Source: the human T2T-CHM13v2.0 reference genome, Homo sapiens. From it: a DNA stretch of 64,000 bases. The DNA lies in the NCBI RefSeq assembly GCF_009914755.1, contig NC_060928.1. One strand, 5' to 3'. The position numbers and the translations under genes were made by a program. A model generated the notes under the pieces. The model worked only from the letters and a program-made list of their open reading frames with translations. It was not told the origin of the DNA and did not search any database. The first letter of the stretch is position 1. Each line of letters begins with the position of its first letter. Below, piece after piece: positions 42,943 to 59,525 of the stretch.

Positions 42943-43094
42943 GCAGATGCCTATGGGAAGCAGGCAGGTAAGGCAGATGCCTATGGGAAGCAGGCAGGTA
43001 AGGCAGATGCCTATGGGAAGCAGGCAGGTAAGGCAGATGCCTATGGGAAGCAGAGAGGTAAGACAGATGCCTTTGGGAAGCAGGCAGGTAAGGC
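42943..43094 (+). repeat. 30-bp minisatellite, 5 copies (GCAGATGCCTATGGGAAGCAGGCAGGTAAG)
   Basis: Units start at 42943, 42973, 43003, 43033 and 43063; first three identical, last two with a few substitutions. Confidence 0.97.
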
Positions 43095-43212
43095 GAATGA
43101 GTGAGCTGGGCTGATTGCAGAGGTGAAGAATGAATCTCTTTGGAGAGCTGTTGCCTTTTCTGAAGGGGGCAGCTGCTGCTCAGATATCACTAGTCCTGAC
43201 ACTTGAGATTTC

Positions 43213-46211
<2,999 letters not shown>

Positions 46212-46239
46212 TCAAGAGAAGATGGAGACTTAAATTTTT

Positions 46240-46659
46240 TTTTCTTTTTTATTATACTTTAAGTTTTAGGGTACGTGCGTACAACGTGCAGGTTAGTTAC
46301 ATATGTATACATGTGCCATGTTGGTGTGCTGCACCCAGCAACTCATCATTTAACATTAGGTATATCTCCAAATGTTATCCCTCCCCCCTCCCCCCACCCC
46401 ACAACACTTGGATCCAACCCAAATGTCCAACAATGATAGACTGGATTAAGAAAATGTGGCACCTATACACTATGGAATACTATGCAGCCATAAAAAAGGA
46501 TGAGTTCATGTCCTTTGTGGGGACATGGATGAAGCTGGAAACCATCATTCTCAGCAAACTATCTCAAGGACAGAAAACCAAACACCGCATGTTCTGACTC
46601 ATAGGTGGGAAGTGAACAATGAGAACACTTGGACACAGGAAGGGGAACATCACACACCA
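46240..46659 (-). mobile_element. Short twin-primed L1PA (antisense 3' end 46240-46405, sense inverted piece 46406-46658)
   Basis: TSD GAGACTTA(A/C)ATTTTT at 46225-46239 and 46660-46674. Confidence 0.92.
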
Positions 46660-47074
46660 GAGACTTACATTTTTATGAGAAATATCCAATTGTTTTTTGT
46701 TCTAGAATTTGACAGGCCAAATTCTGTATCTCTCTTGGCTGAATTTGTTCTGCAGACTGCTAGCTTGCAACCTCATCTCTAGAGAGGTTTTTGTTGTTAT
46801 TGATGTTGTAATTATAGTACAACTACAACTCTCTCATCTGACATAATTAGCATTAGTAGCTGGTCAGTTAGTTTAGTTCAAAACATCAGTTAAAGATGTT
46901 TATCATAAGGAAATGATTGGCCTGTATTATGAAATTTTCAGAATACATGACAATGCATATCCCAAGTTTATGTTAACTTAGAACATAAATTACATATACA
47001 TTATGTTATATATACAGTAAGTTCTTTTAGCAATCGTTTTTATAATTTTTAAATTAAAAAATATGTATTTTTCA

Positions 47075-47194
47075 TGTTGAGACAGGGTCTTGCTATAGTG
47101 CCCAGACCAGGCTCAAACTCCTGGGCTCCAGTCATTCTCCTGCCTTAGTCTCCCAAAATGATGGGATTACAGGCATGAGCCACCATGCCCTGCC
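47075..47194 (-). mobile_element. FLAM_C / free left Alu monomer
   Basis: gagacagggtcttgctat...aactcctgggctc...gggattacaggcatgagccacc; single monomer. Confidence 0.88.
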
Positions 47195-48726
47195 TTATAA
47201 TTTCTAAAAGTTTTAAAATTTATTTTATTTTTAAAATATATATGTATTTCCTAGGGTACTTGTTCAAAGGTCACTGTTCTTTTTATGCTGGAGTAAATCC
47301 TTTTCTCTGAGGATGAGGTCACTGGCTGGACTGCCGAATTGTCTTCCTTGTGTAGACCACACTCACTGTCCTTCATTCCCAGTTTTCATTTCCTTAAAGT
47401 GGGGGAAGAATATTTGCCAGGTGGGCTCAGTGTAGAATCCTTCTCAATTTCTATGACTTTCTTACAACTTTTACGTTGCCTTGTCCCCAAATGAGCTTAT
47501 GATATTTTGAGTGACTCACCTTTAGTAAAAGCATTTAACCAAAGTATTTAAATTAGTATTCTTAGAATAAATTCTCTTTTCATACTTCTATTTCATCAGT
47601 TTACATAATAGTTAATTAATCTAGATAATTACAATGTAAAGTAAAACCAGCAAAAACAAATTTGGGAATAAATAAAACTGATTTCTGGCAAGCATTCAAC
47701 TCAACAGATGGGAGCAGAAGTGCACAGGAATATAAAGATTAGGCTTCTAGCCACAAGATCCAGCATGCTGTGGGTGGCAATCAGTAAGTTTCAAGGGAAG
47801 ACTACAGAACTTGAGTTAAGCCAGCCAGTTGATTAAGTGAAGGTCAGTTAAGTAAGAAACATGGTATAGCATTATGTTTCATAGTATCAATCTATAGTAT
47901 CAGCCTAATATTATAAAACTTTAGGATAGTACAGTATCAATTACTTTCAATGACTCACAGGGAGATGCTCCAGAGTTGAAAAACATAAGCCTTTCATATG
48001 CTTTTGGTAAATTTTCGGGTAGGGGGAGGGTGTCAATTCTAATCCTGTGCACAGGATATATGCTTCCAAAGCAGGCTGTCTTGAGTAAAAATAATTTCTA
48101 TACTAGGAGTAGTAAAATACTTTAGTGAAATTTTGCTTCATGCAAGCATACAGAGCTGCACTTGGAAAGAGATACTGTGTGAACTATTACAAGTGCAAGA
48201 GAAGAGAATGTTCCAAAGTTTAAGTTGCTTCTCTAGAAAAAAGAAAATCTGTTTTCTCACCCAGACATTCCATTCTATTCTGTTCTCAGTTCTTCCGTAG
48301 AGTATTATAAAAATGGTTCACACTTAGATTAGAATTCAGATTTTATTTGTTCATCTTCTTTGAAGGAATCTAAAAATATTCTATGCACTTCTTCCCTCCA
48401 TGTTCATTATTTTTAACTTATTGTTGATTGTTGTTCTACAGATATTGATCTGACTACATTAGATCTTAGAGGCATTGTTTAGGCTCATGGACATTACCTG
48501 CACTTACTTTTAAAATAAAGGATATGTTTGAATTTCAGAATTACAAAAAATTTAACGTTTAGCTAAACACGCAGTTGTTTTTAGAAATACTTGTGGAAAA
48601 CTGACCTTTCCCGCTAGTTTCATAATTGCCAATAACAGTAAGTAAAGTGGATATTTTAATACTTGCTCATCAGTAAATGTTTACAAAGCATCCATTAAGT
48701 AAGTTATCTGTCCTCCAGGAGTGTCC

Positions 48727-48893
48727 AGCATTTCTCAAAATGGTCTACGAATATCCTACAGGAGTTCAGCTTGCAGTTTCCTGGACTCTGATTCTGATCC
48801 ATGGAGTTGAGTCATCAATTAGGGAGTATGGGATCTGCATGTTTATCAAGCCCTGATAGTGATTTTTTCACAGAGTGACACTGAGGACCAGTA
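48727..48893. mobile_element. MER5-like hAT element
   Basis: cagcatttctcaaaatggtc...atctgcatgttta...gtgatt...tgaggacca. Confidence 0.65.
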
Positions 48894-51042
48894 CTCCTGG
48901 CATTTGCAATTCATAGAGAAATTAGAAATGATCACCTTCCACGCATAAACTCAAAGTGGTGATTAAAATTTGGCAGAAGGCAAATAATCTTTTCCTAAGA
49001 TTTGAGCTCACACTACAGTTTTTGCCACCCTGGCCATTCTGCCTTGTTGAACTTTGGAAATTTGTGCCAGTCAAACTCATAAATGACTAATAATTAAGTA
49101 GAATAGACCTAGAATGCTGCTAACAGGGTGGTGATACATGGTGTTTAGAAACAAGGGAGATTCAATTCAGGATGTTAACCATAATCAGGAGAAACAGGCA
49201 GGATTCCTTGATGCAGGAAAATAATAAGGCAGAATCCACAGGTAATTATTTCTCAGCTATACCTCTTATGGAGCATGGAGGGTCCTAGACTCACTGACAT
49301 TGTTTATAGCCAGTAAGAAATCAGAAACCTGCAAATAAATTCTATTTCTGTCAAACTAGCAACCTAAGATCTAGGATTACACAGCTTGCCTTGATTCTCA
49401 AGATCTGATCAATTTTTTCGGGACCCATAGCTCAGCATCCATTGTCATGCTGAGGCCATCTAGAAACTGAGCTTTATTGAGAGCTCATTGTGAAAAGTTT
49501 GTGGGCTGTGTAAAAGCTATCAAAGAAACAGCAGCATAAAGGAAGCTTTTTGTTCTGTTGATTGTATTTTGCTTCAAAAGCAGACTCGTTATCTTTTTCA
49601 CAGATAAGTGCCATTTCAAAATTGATTAAAGTCTATTAAAGCATTCCAGGTATCTGATATTTAAATATAAGAACTATTTTTTCAGTTTCTTATTTGATGA
49701 ATGTGTAATAGGTAGAGACTTGTGACTCCTTTAAAGTTTTATTTGCTCTGAGTGTCATGAAATGCTAGAAGACATAATATTCTAATTTATACCTATGCTC
49801 ACTTTGAAGGATACATATAATTCTCTTTTTAGTAAGTCACATTTTGCTCCGTTTCACCTTTTGAAAATGTCATGTGTAACCTTTTAAAATTAAAGACCAC
49901 GCAACTGATAGGCAGCCTCACATAATATAGTAGAGGTGAAGGTTTTGGACTGTGTGCTAGCTACTGAGAGAGCTTATATGGAGTCACGCTCTGGAGATCT
50001 TAAAGAAAAGGGTGGATGCTGTTTTCCTGAACTGCTTTCATGGCAGTTCTCTCAGAAAGAAGAGCAAAGACCCGACTAGCTGTTTAAGTCTATTCAGGGG
50101 TCAGTTGGTTCACACGTGGACTACTGTCTTCACTGAACAGCTAATAGGAATGTCCAGCTAGGTCCCATTAACTTCAGCCTTGTCCTGGGACTCCTGGCCA
50201 CATCTCCATCTTTTCTGCTTTTCTCCATTTAGCTGCACAAACAATAATGTATCATACATTTTACATTTTTGAGAAGTAGTGTCTCAATTTTTTCCAAGAC
50301 TGGATAAGTATAATTTTCATCTTTATTTCATTTAATCCAGAGGTTTTTGAATTGCCAGGAATTTGTTAACCCTTTACTGACTTCTTTGGCCTAGATGAAA
50401 ACTAACATCGTATGAGTTTTAGGTCTGTGATCAAATTTATGATGTCATATGACAATTGTGTTTGTGTGTCAGGAAAGGAGGCCTTAGTTATTTGCTTGAC
50501 ACATTTGAAACATTTATAGATTTTGAAAATGCACTATGGTACTTTTGAGTCTGAAAGTTAGACCTGAAACCAGACCATTTTACTTTACCCTACATATTTC
50601 AATTTTTTTCCTATTTTTTAGTTAAAAGATGTGCTAGTTCCTTTTAAACAGACTTGAAAGGAAATAATCTTCCTACTGATAAAATTAAGTTGCTTCTAGC
50701 TTAATATAAAGTACTGCCAGTCTTGCTCATGTAGGCAGCTAATACTTGCACAACTTGAATATGTGGGACACCATAGAAAATCAGGAGTGTTAATTTCTCA
50801 AGGAAGGGATTTCTGAAGAGAAGATGGCTACTGTTTTTAGAATCTAGTCTCATGCTTTATATAACCAACAGATTTCTGGTTTCTAAAATTTCATTTGTAC
50901 CTAGAAATTAATTTGTTACTCATATATTTGTTGATCGTCCAGGATTGTATTACTTCTCAAAATATTACAAGGGCATACTCTGAACCAAGAAAGGGTAGCT
51001 ATGTTTTATGTGGTAAGTGATTATTTTGGCTGTAAGTTTTAG

Positions 51043-52101
<1,059 letters not shown>

Positions 52102-52339
52102 AAGGAATATTTAAGTAAAAATAGTTATTTTAGCAATAAAAAAGAAATAATAGCAGGCTTATTTTTTCTTACTGGAAAGTTGTCCAGAGAAAACAATTTA
52201 AATTTATTTTGAAAGTACTTTGCTTACTATATGAACCATATACTGTATGTGATATAGTGTCTAAAGAAACATTATTGTGAACAAAAGACAATATTCAAAA
52301 TATACTTTCACAATAATGTTTATTTAAAAGCTTCACATT

Positions 52340-55300
52340 GGGGGAACTTCCTGAACCTGAACAAAGAACACCTACAGAAGCCTTACCAGTATTATCATAC
52401 ACAAGCATGAGAAATTGGACCCTTTTCTCCTAAGATCAAGAGTGAAAAAAAGATTCCTCTTGTTATCACTCCTGTTCAACATTGCACTGGAAGTCCTAGC
52501 AATGCAATAAGACAAGACAAAAAAATAAAATGTATACAAATTTGAAATGAAGAAATTAAACTTTGTTTTCAGTTGAAATGAAGACATAAAACTATCTTTA
52601 TTTTCAGATATTACAGTTTATATAGCAAATCCCAAGAATCAACAAAAAAATTCCTCGACCTAATAAATTATTATATTAACTAATGTTAATATACTGTAAT
52701 AAGTAACTAATTTACTAATTAACTAATAAGTGATTATTTTAACAGGATGCAAGTTAATATATAAAATCAATTGTTTTCCTATGTATTATCAATGAACAAT
52801 TGAATTTGACACAAAAACAGTACATTGTTTACAATAACACCAATAAATATAAATACTTAGGTATATTTCTAACAAAATATGTACAGGATCTGTATGTGGA
52901 AAACTACATTTTAAAAAAGTCTTAAAAACGAAGGGATATTCTATGTTAATAAATTGGAAGGCTCAATATTGTCAGGTTTACATGGGAAGACAAAAGACCC
53001 CAAATTGTCAACACAATATGTAAGAAAAAGAACAATGTTGGAGTAACACTACCTGACTTGGAGACTTTTTATAAAGCCACAATAATCAAGACAGCCTGAT
53101 ATTTGTGAAAGAATGGAAATGTAGATCAATGGAACAAAATGGAGAGCCCAGAAACAGATTCATACAAATATAGTCAATAGTTAACTCTTGATAGAGGAAC
53201 AAAGGAATTCAATGGACAAAGGATAGTCTTTTCAAGAAGTGATGTTGAAACAATTGTGTTGCTGCATGTAAAAAAGTAAACATAGATACAGACATTACAT
53301 ATTTTACCAAAATCAAGTTAAGACAGGATATAGACTCAGGTCTAAATGGAAAAGTATAAAGCTCTGGAAAAAAACACAGGAGAAAATCTAGGTCACTTGG
53401 GTTTGGTGAAGAATTTTTAGATACAACACCAAAAGTACAACCCATGAGAGAAAAAATTAATATTTTTACTAAAATTAAAAACTTCTGAGTGACATTGTTA
53501 AAAGAATGAAAAGAAAAGCTATAGACTGGGAGAAAATATTTGTAAGACACATGTTTGATAAAGGACTTGTATCCAAAATATACACACAAAAAAAACTTTT
53601 AAAACGGAGCAATAAAAAACAAACGACTCAATTAGAATGTAGGCAAAATATCTTAACGGACACCTCAACATGTAAACACAGATGACAAATAATTATATAG
53701 AAAGATTCTCAAAATCATTTGTCATTAGAAAATCAGAACTTAAAAAAAAATGAAATATCGCTACACAATACCAAAAATTAGACACAACACAGAAGAACAG
53801 GAACTCTCATTCCTTGTCAGGAGAAATGCAAAATAACGCAGCCACTTTGGAGGCAATTTGACAGTTTCTTACAAAGCAAACAGCCTTATCATATGACTCA
53901 GTAATTATGCTTCTAGGTATTTACCTAATTGAGTTAAAACTCATGTCACACAGAAACCGGCATGCAAATGTTTATAGAAGTGAAAGGAGTTGGCCAGCTT
54001 ACTTTAGGCAGACAGTAAGGGAAGGGTCCCTGGAGAATCTCCCACGCAACCCACAAGTGTTTACACCAGATGTTTTGTGCAGATGAAGGAACTTGCATAG
54101 GGGCGGTGGGTGGGGGGGTTGCGTAAACATGCCCACAGTGGAAAATTCTGTTCCTTAACACATGCTCAGTAAAGGAAATAAATCAGTACGGAGTGGCTCA
54201 GACTAAGGGCCTGCATGGCCACCGGAAGGATGGGGGGTGGAGCCATCAGGAATTCGCACCTTATACAAATAGGGAACCCAGCCCCTTCAGCTTGTACATA
54301 TAGAAGCCCTTGTATTCAGCTGTGAAGGGGGCAACTGGGAGCCTGTTTTCAGGACTCCTCTCTTTGCTGAGAGCTTTCCTTTTGCTTAATGAATTCTACT
54401 CCACTCACTCTTTGAGTGTCTGTGTGCCTACTTCTTCCTGGTTGTGAGACAAGAACCCACACCTAACTGAGCTAAGGAGTAAAAAATCCTGCATCAGAAG
54501 TTTTATTCATAATTACCTAAAACCAGAGATACCTATCGTCTCTCAATATCTTAATAGGTGAATTGATAAAGAAACTGTGGTACATCCATGCAATGAAATA
54601 TTATTCAGCAATGATCTATCAAAGAAATGATCTAGCGAACCATGAAAAGGCAGGGAGGAAACTTAAATGTATATTATTAAGTGAAAAAAAGTCAATCTCC
54701 AAAGGCTGCATGCTGTATGATTCTAGTCATAGATGTTTTAGAAAAGGCAAAATGATGGAGACAGTAAAAGGATCTGTGGTTGCCAAGGGTTAGTGGGGAG
54801 AGAGGGATGAATAGGCAAAGCACAGAGGATTTTTAAGTCAATGAAACTACTCTATGTGACACCATAATGGTAGGTACATGCCATATTAATTGCCCAGATC
54901 CACAGAATGTATAACACCTGGAGTAAACTTCAGTATAAACTATGTACTCCAGGTGGTAATGATGTGTCAATGCAGGTTCAACAGTGTAATAAATCTAACA
55001 CTCCAGTGGTGGATGTTGATAGTAGGGGAGGCTATGCATGTGTAGGGTCAGGGTATACAGGAGAAATCTCTGTACCTTCTTCTCAATATTTCTGTGAACA
55101 TAAAATTGCTCTAAAAATAAAGACTATTAAAAAAAGGCTATACACCATATAATTTCAATCATATCACATTCTGGAAAAGGAAAAATTATAGAGACAGTAA
55201 AAATAAATTCAGTGGTTGTCAGGGATTTTGAGTCGGGGGGAGGCATGAATAGTGAAGCACAGGGGATTTTTTAAGGTGGCAGAGCCATTCTGTATTATAC

Positions 55301-55570
55301 TGTACTGGTGGATATGTGACAAATATGCATTTGTTGAAATTGCACAAAACAGAGTGAATCCTAAGATAAATTAAGGACTTTAGTTAACAGTAATGTATCA
55401 ATTTTAGCCTTTCAATGGTAACAATTATACTACCTTAATGCAAGAAATTAATAATAGCAGAAACCGTGGGATGAAAAGGCAGGATAGATAGAGGGAGTAT
55501 ATGGGAACTATCTATACTTTCTGCACAAGTTTTCTGCAAACCTAAAATTGTTCTAAAAGTAGTCTATTAA
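52340..55570 (+). mobile_element. Old L1MC/L1MD ORF2 and 3'UTR fragments (3' ends near 55135 and 55570)
   Basis: tcaatggaacaaaatggagagcccagaaa, aaactgtggtacatccat, aaattgctctaaaaataaag motifs. Confidence 0.85.
53981..54496 (+). mobile_element. ERV1-class solo LTR (MER83-like)
   Basis: tgaaaggagtt...ctctctttgctgagagctttcc...gagctaaggag...cctgcatca; TSD GAAG (53977-53980, 54497-54500). Confidence 0.85.
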
Positions 55571-55649
55571 GAAAGAAGTAACTTTACACATCACTTATCC
55601 AGCTTCAGCAAGTTTCACCATTTTCTATATCCTTTTATCCATCCAACTT

Positions 55650-56094
55650 CACACAGTAAAAGGTTGGAGGGTTTTTCAGGGTGGGTGAGCTAGTGGAGAA
55701 GTACTGTTGGGGGAAGTTAGGGGCAAGGTTGACCAATGGGATATGTTTAGCACATTGTTATTCTTGAGTTTGCAAATGTTTTTTTCTGTGTTTGCTGATT
55801 GGCACCCATGGAGGTTAGGTACCCTTCCACAGAGACTAGAAGATAAGGGCACTCTCTTTCTTGATGATTATATTTCAAAGAGATAGCTCCCAGATCTTTG
55901 AGAAAGATGGTCCCGGGTTGTAAAACTGGCAAGAGGCTTGTAAAAAGATTTATATCATGAAAGGACAGGAAAAAATTAATGATTATAAATTTTCTAACGT
56001 AAATGCTGTAAACAAAGGGAGGTCAGTGTTTAGAGTCAAGAAGAAGCCTGTCTAAAATGTAGTCAAGCCAAGAATGTTAAACTTGTCTTCATCA
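55650..56094 (-). mobile_element. MER31-like LTR
   Basis: atttcaaagagatagctcccag...gttgtaaaactggcaagagg...gaagaagcctgtctaaa. Confidence 0.75.
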
Positions 56095-56399
56095 CTTTCA
56101 TCACTTACTCCTCTTGTCCCAGAAATGTGACTTATTAGGAACTGAAGTCCTACTTGGGAATCCCACTCTTTTATTGGCTAAGGTTCTAGCGCTAATTTAT
56201 GGATGCTCTTTTTGGCTAGAAAATGTTTCAACTTCAAGACAAGGAATGCAGAAGGGTAAAAATAGTAGGGCTGGATTAAGACCTGCAGAGTTCTTAATAA
56301 GCACTAAAAATATTATGTTACCTCTAATGTGTAATTCAAAACAAAATCAAAACTAATCTATAAAAATTATAAGAAATCCCAACAAAGTTCTGATTTTTG

Positions 56400-56700
<301 letters not shown>

Positions 56701-56767
56701 TGTATTTATTAAAAGATAATTTTAGTGTGTATATTTAATGTATACAACATGATGCTTTTATATACAA

Positions 56768-57237
56768 TGTCGAATTTAAATAATAAGATTCAGAAAATAT
56801 GATTAATCATAGAGGTGACTCAAGCACAAAGCTTGAGTATAGTCATCTGGTAAACAGACTCCAAAGGAAGGGAAACAGATGCCAAAGGAACAAAGTCAGT
56901 GCTCTCAAGTGGTAAAGCTAAGGTTTTACTTATATGGACAGAAACATTTTTAGGAGGGTTGCAACATTTTTCATACAAGGACAGTACACACATTATAGCA
57001 ATTTGATGAGCACAGCTTGCTACATTCCAAGGAAATTTGCTTTAACATTTCTTGAGGAGAAATAATGTTCTGAGGAATTCTTATTTCTGGCACCACTTGG
57101 TCATTCCTAATTATTTACAGAAAAAAGCAGAAGTTGCAACTGCATGCTACATGTCTCAAGCTACATAGCCACATTCCTCCCAGGGCTCAGGGAAATTTAG
57201 AGTTCGAACAGCTTTAAGTGAATTATTTAATTTCACA
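56768..57237 (-). mobile_element. ERV1-class solo LTR (LTR54/MER57 group)
   Basis: TG...CA ends; minus-strand start tgtgaaattaaataattc...aaagctgtt; flanks acaa/acat; host L1 resumes after it. Confidence 0.78.
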
Positions 57238-57541
57238 ACATATACACAGTGAAATGATTATCGCAGTTAAACAAAATAACATATACCTGGCCTTCAACAG
57301 TAGCTTTTTTTTGGGTGATAATAGCTACTTTAGCAAGATTTCAGTATACAATACAATATTGTTAACTTTAGTCCTCATGCTGTATGTTAGATCTTTTAGA
57401 TTTACTCATTGTACCTAACCTAACTGCAAATGTGTACTCTTTGGCCCACTTCTCTCCATTTACTTCCCTTCTCTGCCTTTGGTACATTCTAGTTGTTTCT
57501 GTTTGACTTTCTTTTCTTTTTTTGGATTTCACAATAATTGA

Positions 57542-57881
<340 letters not shown>

Positions 57882-59299
57882 CTGTGTCTGGCTTATTTCA
57901 CTTAGCATAATATCCTCAGGGTTCATCTACGTTGTGACAAATGGCAGGATTTCCTTTTTCTTTAAAAGCCTGAATAGTATTCCATTATTTATATATGCTA
58001 CATTTTCTTTATCCATTCATTTGTTGATGGACATTTGGGTTGATTTAAATCTTGGCTATTGTGAATAGTGCTGCAATGGGAGTGCAGATATGTCTTCAGC
58101 ATACTGATTTCATTTCCTTTGGATATATATCCAGAGTCCTGAATCATATGGTAGTTCTATTTGTAATGTTCTGAGCAACTTTCATACTGTTTTCCATAAT
58201 GGCTATGCCAACTTACATTACTACCAACAGTGTAGGATTTTCTTTTCTCAACATTCTGGCCAACACTTGTTATCTCTTGTTTTATTTTATTTTTAAACAA
58301 TAGCCATCCTAACAGGTGTGATGTGATATCTCATGTGGTTTTGATTGGTATTACCTTATTTCTAAAATGCAAATTATTACAAAAAATTGATGTAGGTTCC
58401 TTAGATTTGCTGGCACTGAAAGCTTTGCTGCCTGCTTGGGCAGCCTGCACTGAACAGTGTGCTGTGTTGAGCCAGTGGCCTAGATATTTAAGATTGACCT
58501 CTTATTTTGGTAACAGAGGATCATTCACATTAAATCATGTGTTTTTTTGTGTGTTTTTATCTCCTGCTCTTTGAATCAAAATCATTGGTATCACGTTACC
58601 TCTTTTTCCTGACACAAAATTTAGAATTTGCATAATGGGTATATTTCTTCCCTACTCTCTGGTCTCTTTCTTGGGTTGCACTCGAGGAAAGCATTGTCAT
58701 TCAAATGTTCTTTTAATCATCCAGTTCATAACATTACTTGCAATCAGAACAGGTTTGTAATTTGTGAACCATGTGCAAAGAGGAGATATCTTGCTTCACT
58801 GAGAAAATAGACAATTTTGTGAAATATTGGCCATTTATCTGCCAAAGTGGGCCATTATACATTGAACCACAGTAAGAAGCCACCATGCACCTCCATCCTT
58901 TTCATTTATGCTTTAATGGAGGTTTTTTTCTTTTTCTATCTCATATAAGGCTGATCCAAATTCTACCATATTTAAATTCACTTTCAACAAAAATATGTAT
59001 ATGAAAATATCAATCAGGAGACTACAATTAGAATAAAATTAAAATGCCTAGTCAGGCCAAATGCATTTTTTTCAATTAAAGAACTATAAATAATTAAGAA
59101 AATGATGAGGAAGATGGGAATGGAAAATAGCATGGGTTTTCTTTTCTCTCCACTGCCTTGTCTTCTTATGCTTGGTGGCATCTAATGCAGTAGACATAAA
59201 CACTATGCTATGAACTGCGTTTAGGATCCATTATTCCGTATAGAACATTCAAAATGCTGAAGATGGTTTGTAGTTGGAATAAGTATAGAACTAATTATC

Positions 59300-59525
59300 A
59301 GAAGGCTTGCCTTTCAATTCTTGTGTTTTATAGTCTACAACATATAAATTATGTGATCCTAGATGAGTCATTAAATGTTTCTGAGTCCTGACTGCCTTAT
59401 CTAAAAAATGAGAATAATAAAAATATTCTTGTTTTCTCTGTTACAAAGTTGTAATAAGCAGCAAACGATTTTATGTATGGGAAAGCAGACTACAAACTGA
59501 AAAGCACCGTAAAGGATTATTATTT
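59300..59525 (+). mobile_element. MIR
   Basis: tgtgatcctagatgagtcattaaa...ctgagtc...tatctaaaaaatgagaataata. Confidence 0.65.

Noticed and set aside
42943-43094. 30-bp direct repeats as a CRISPR-like array
   Set aside because: Units are head-to-tail with no spacers, derive from a MER102 segment, and no cas-like ORFs exist.
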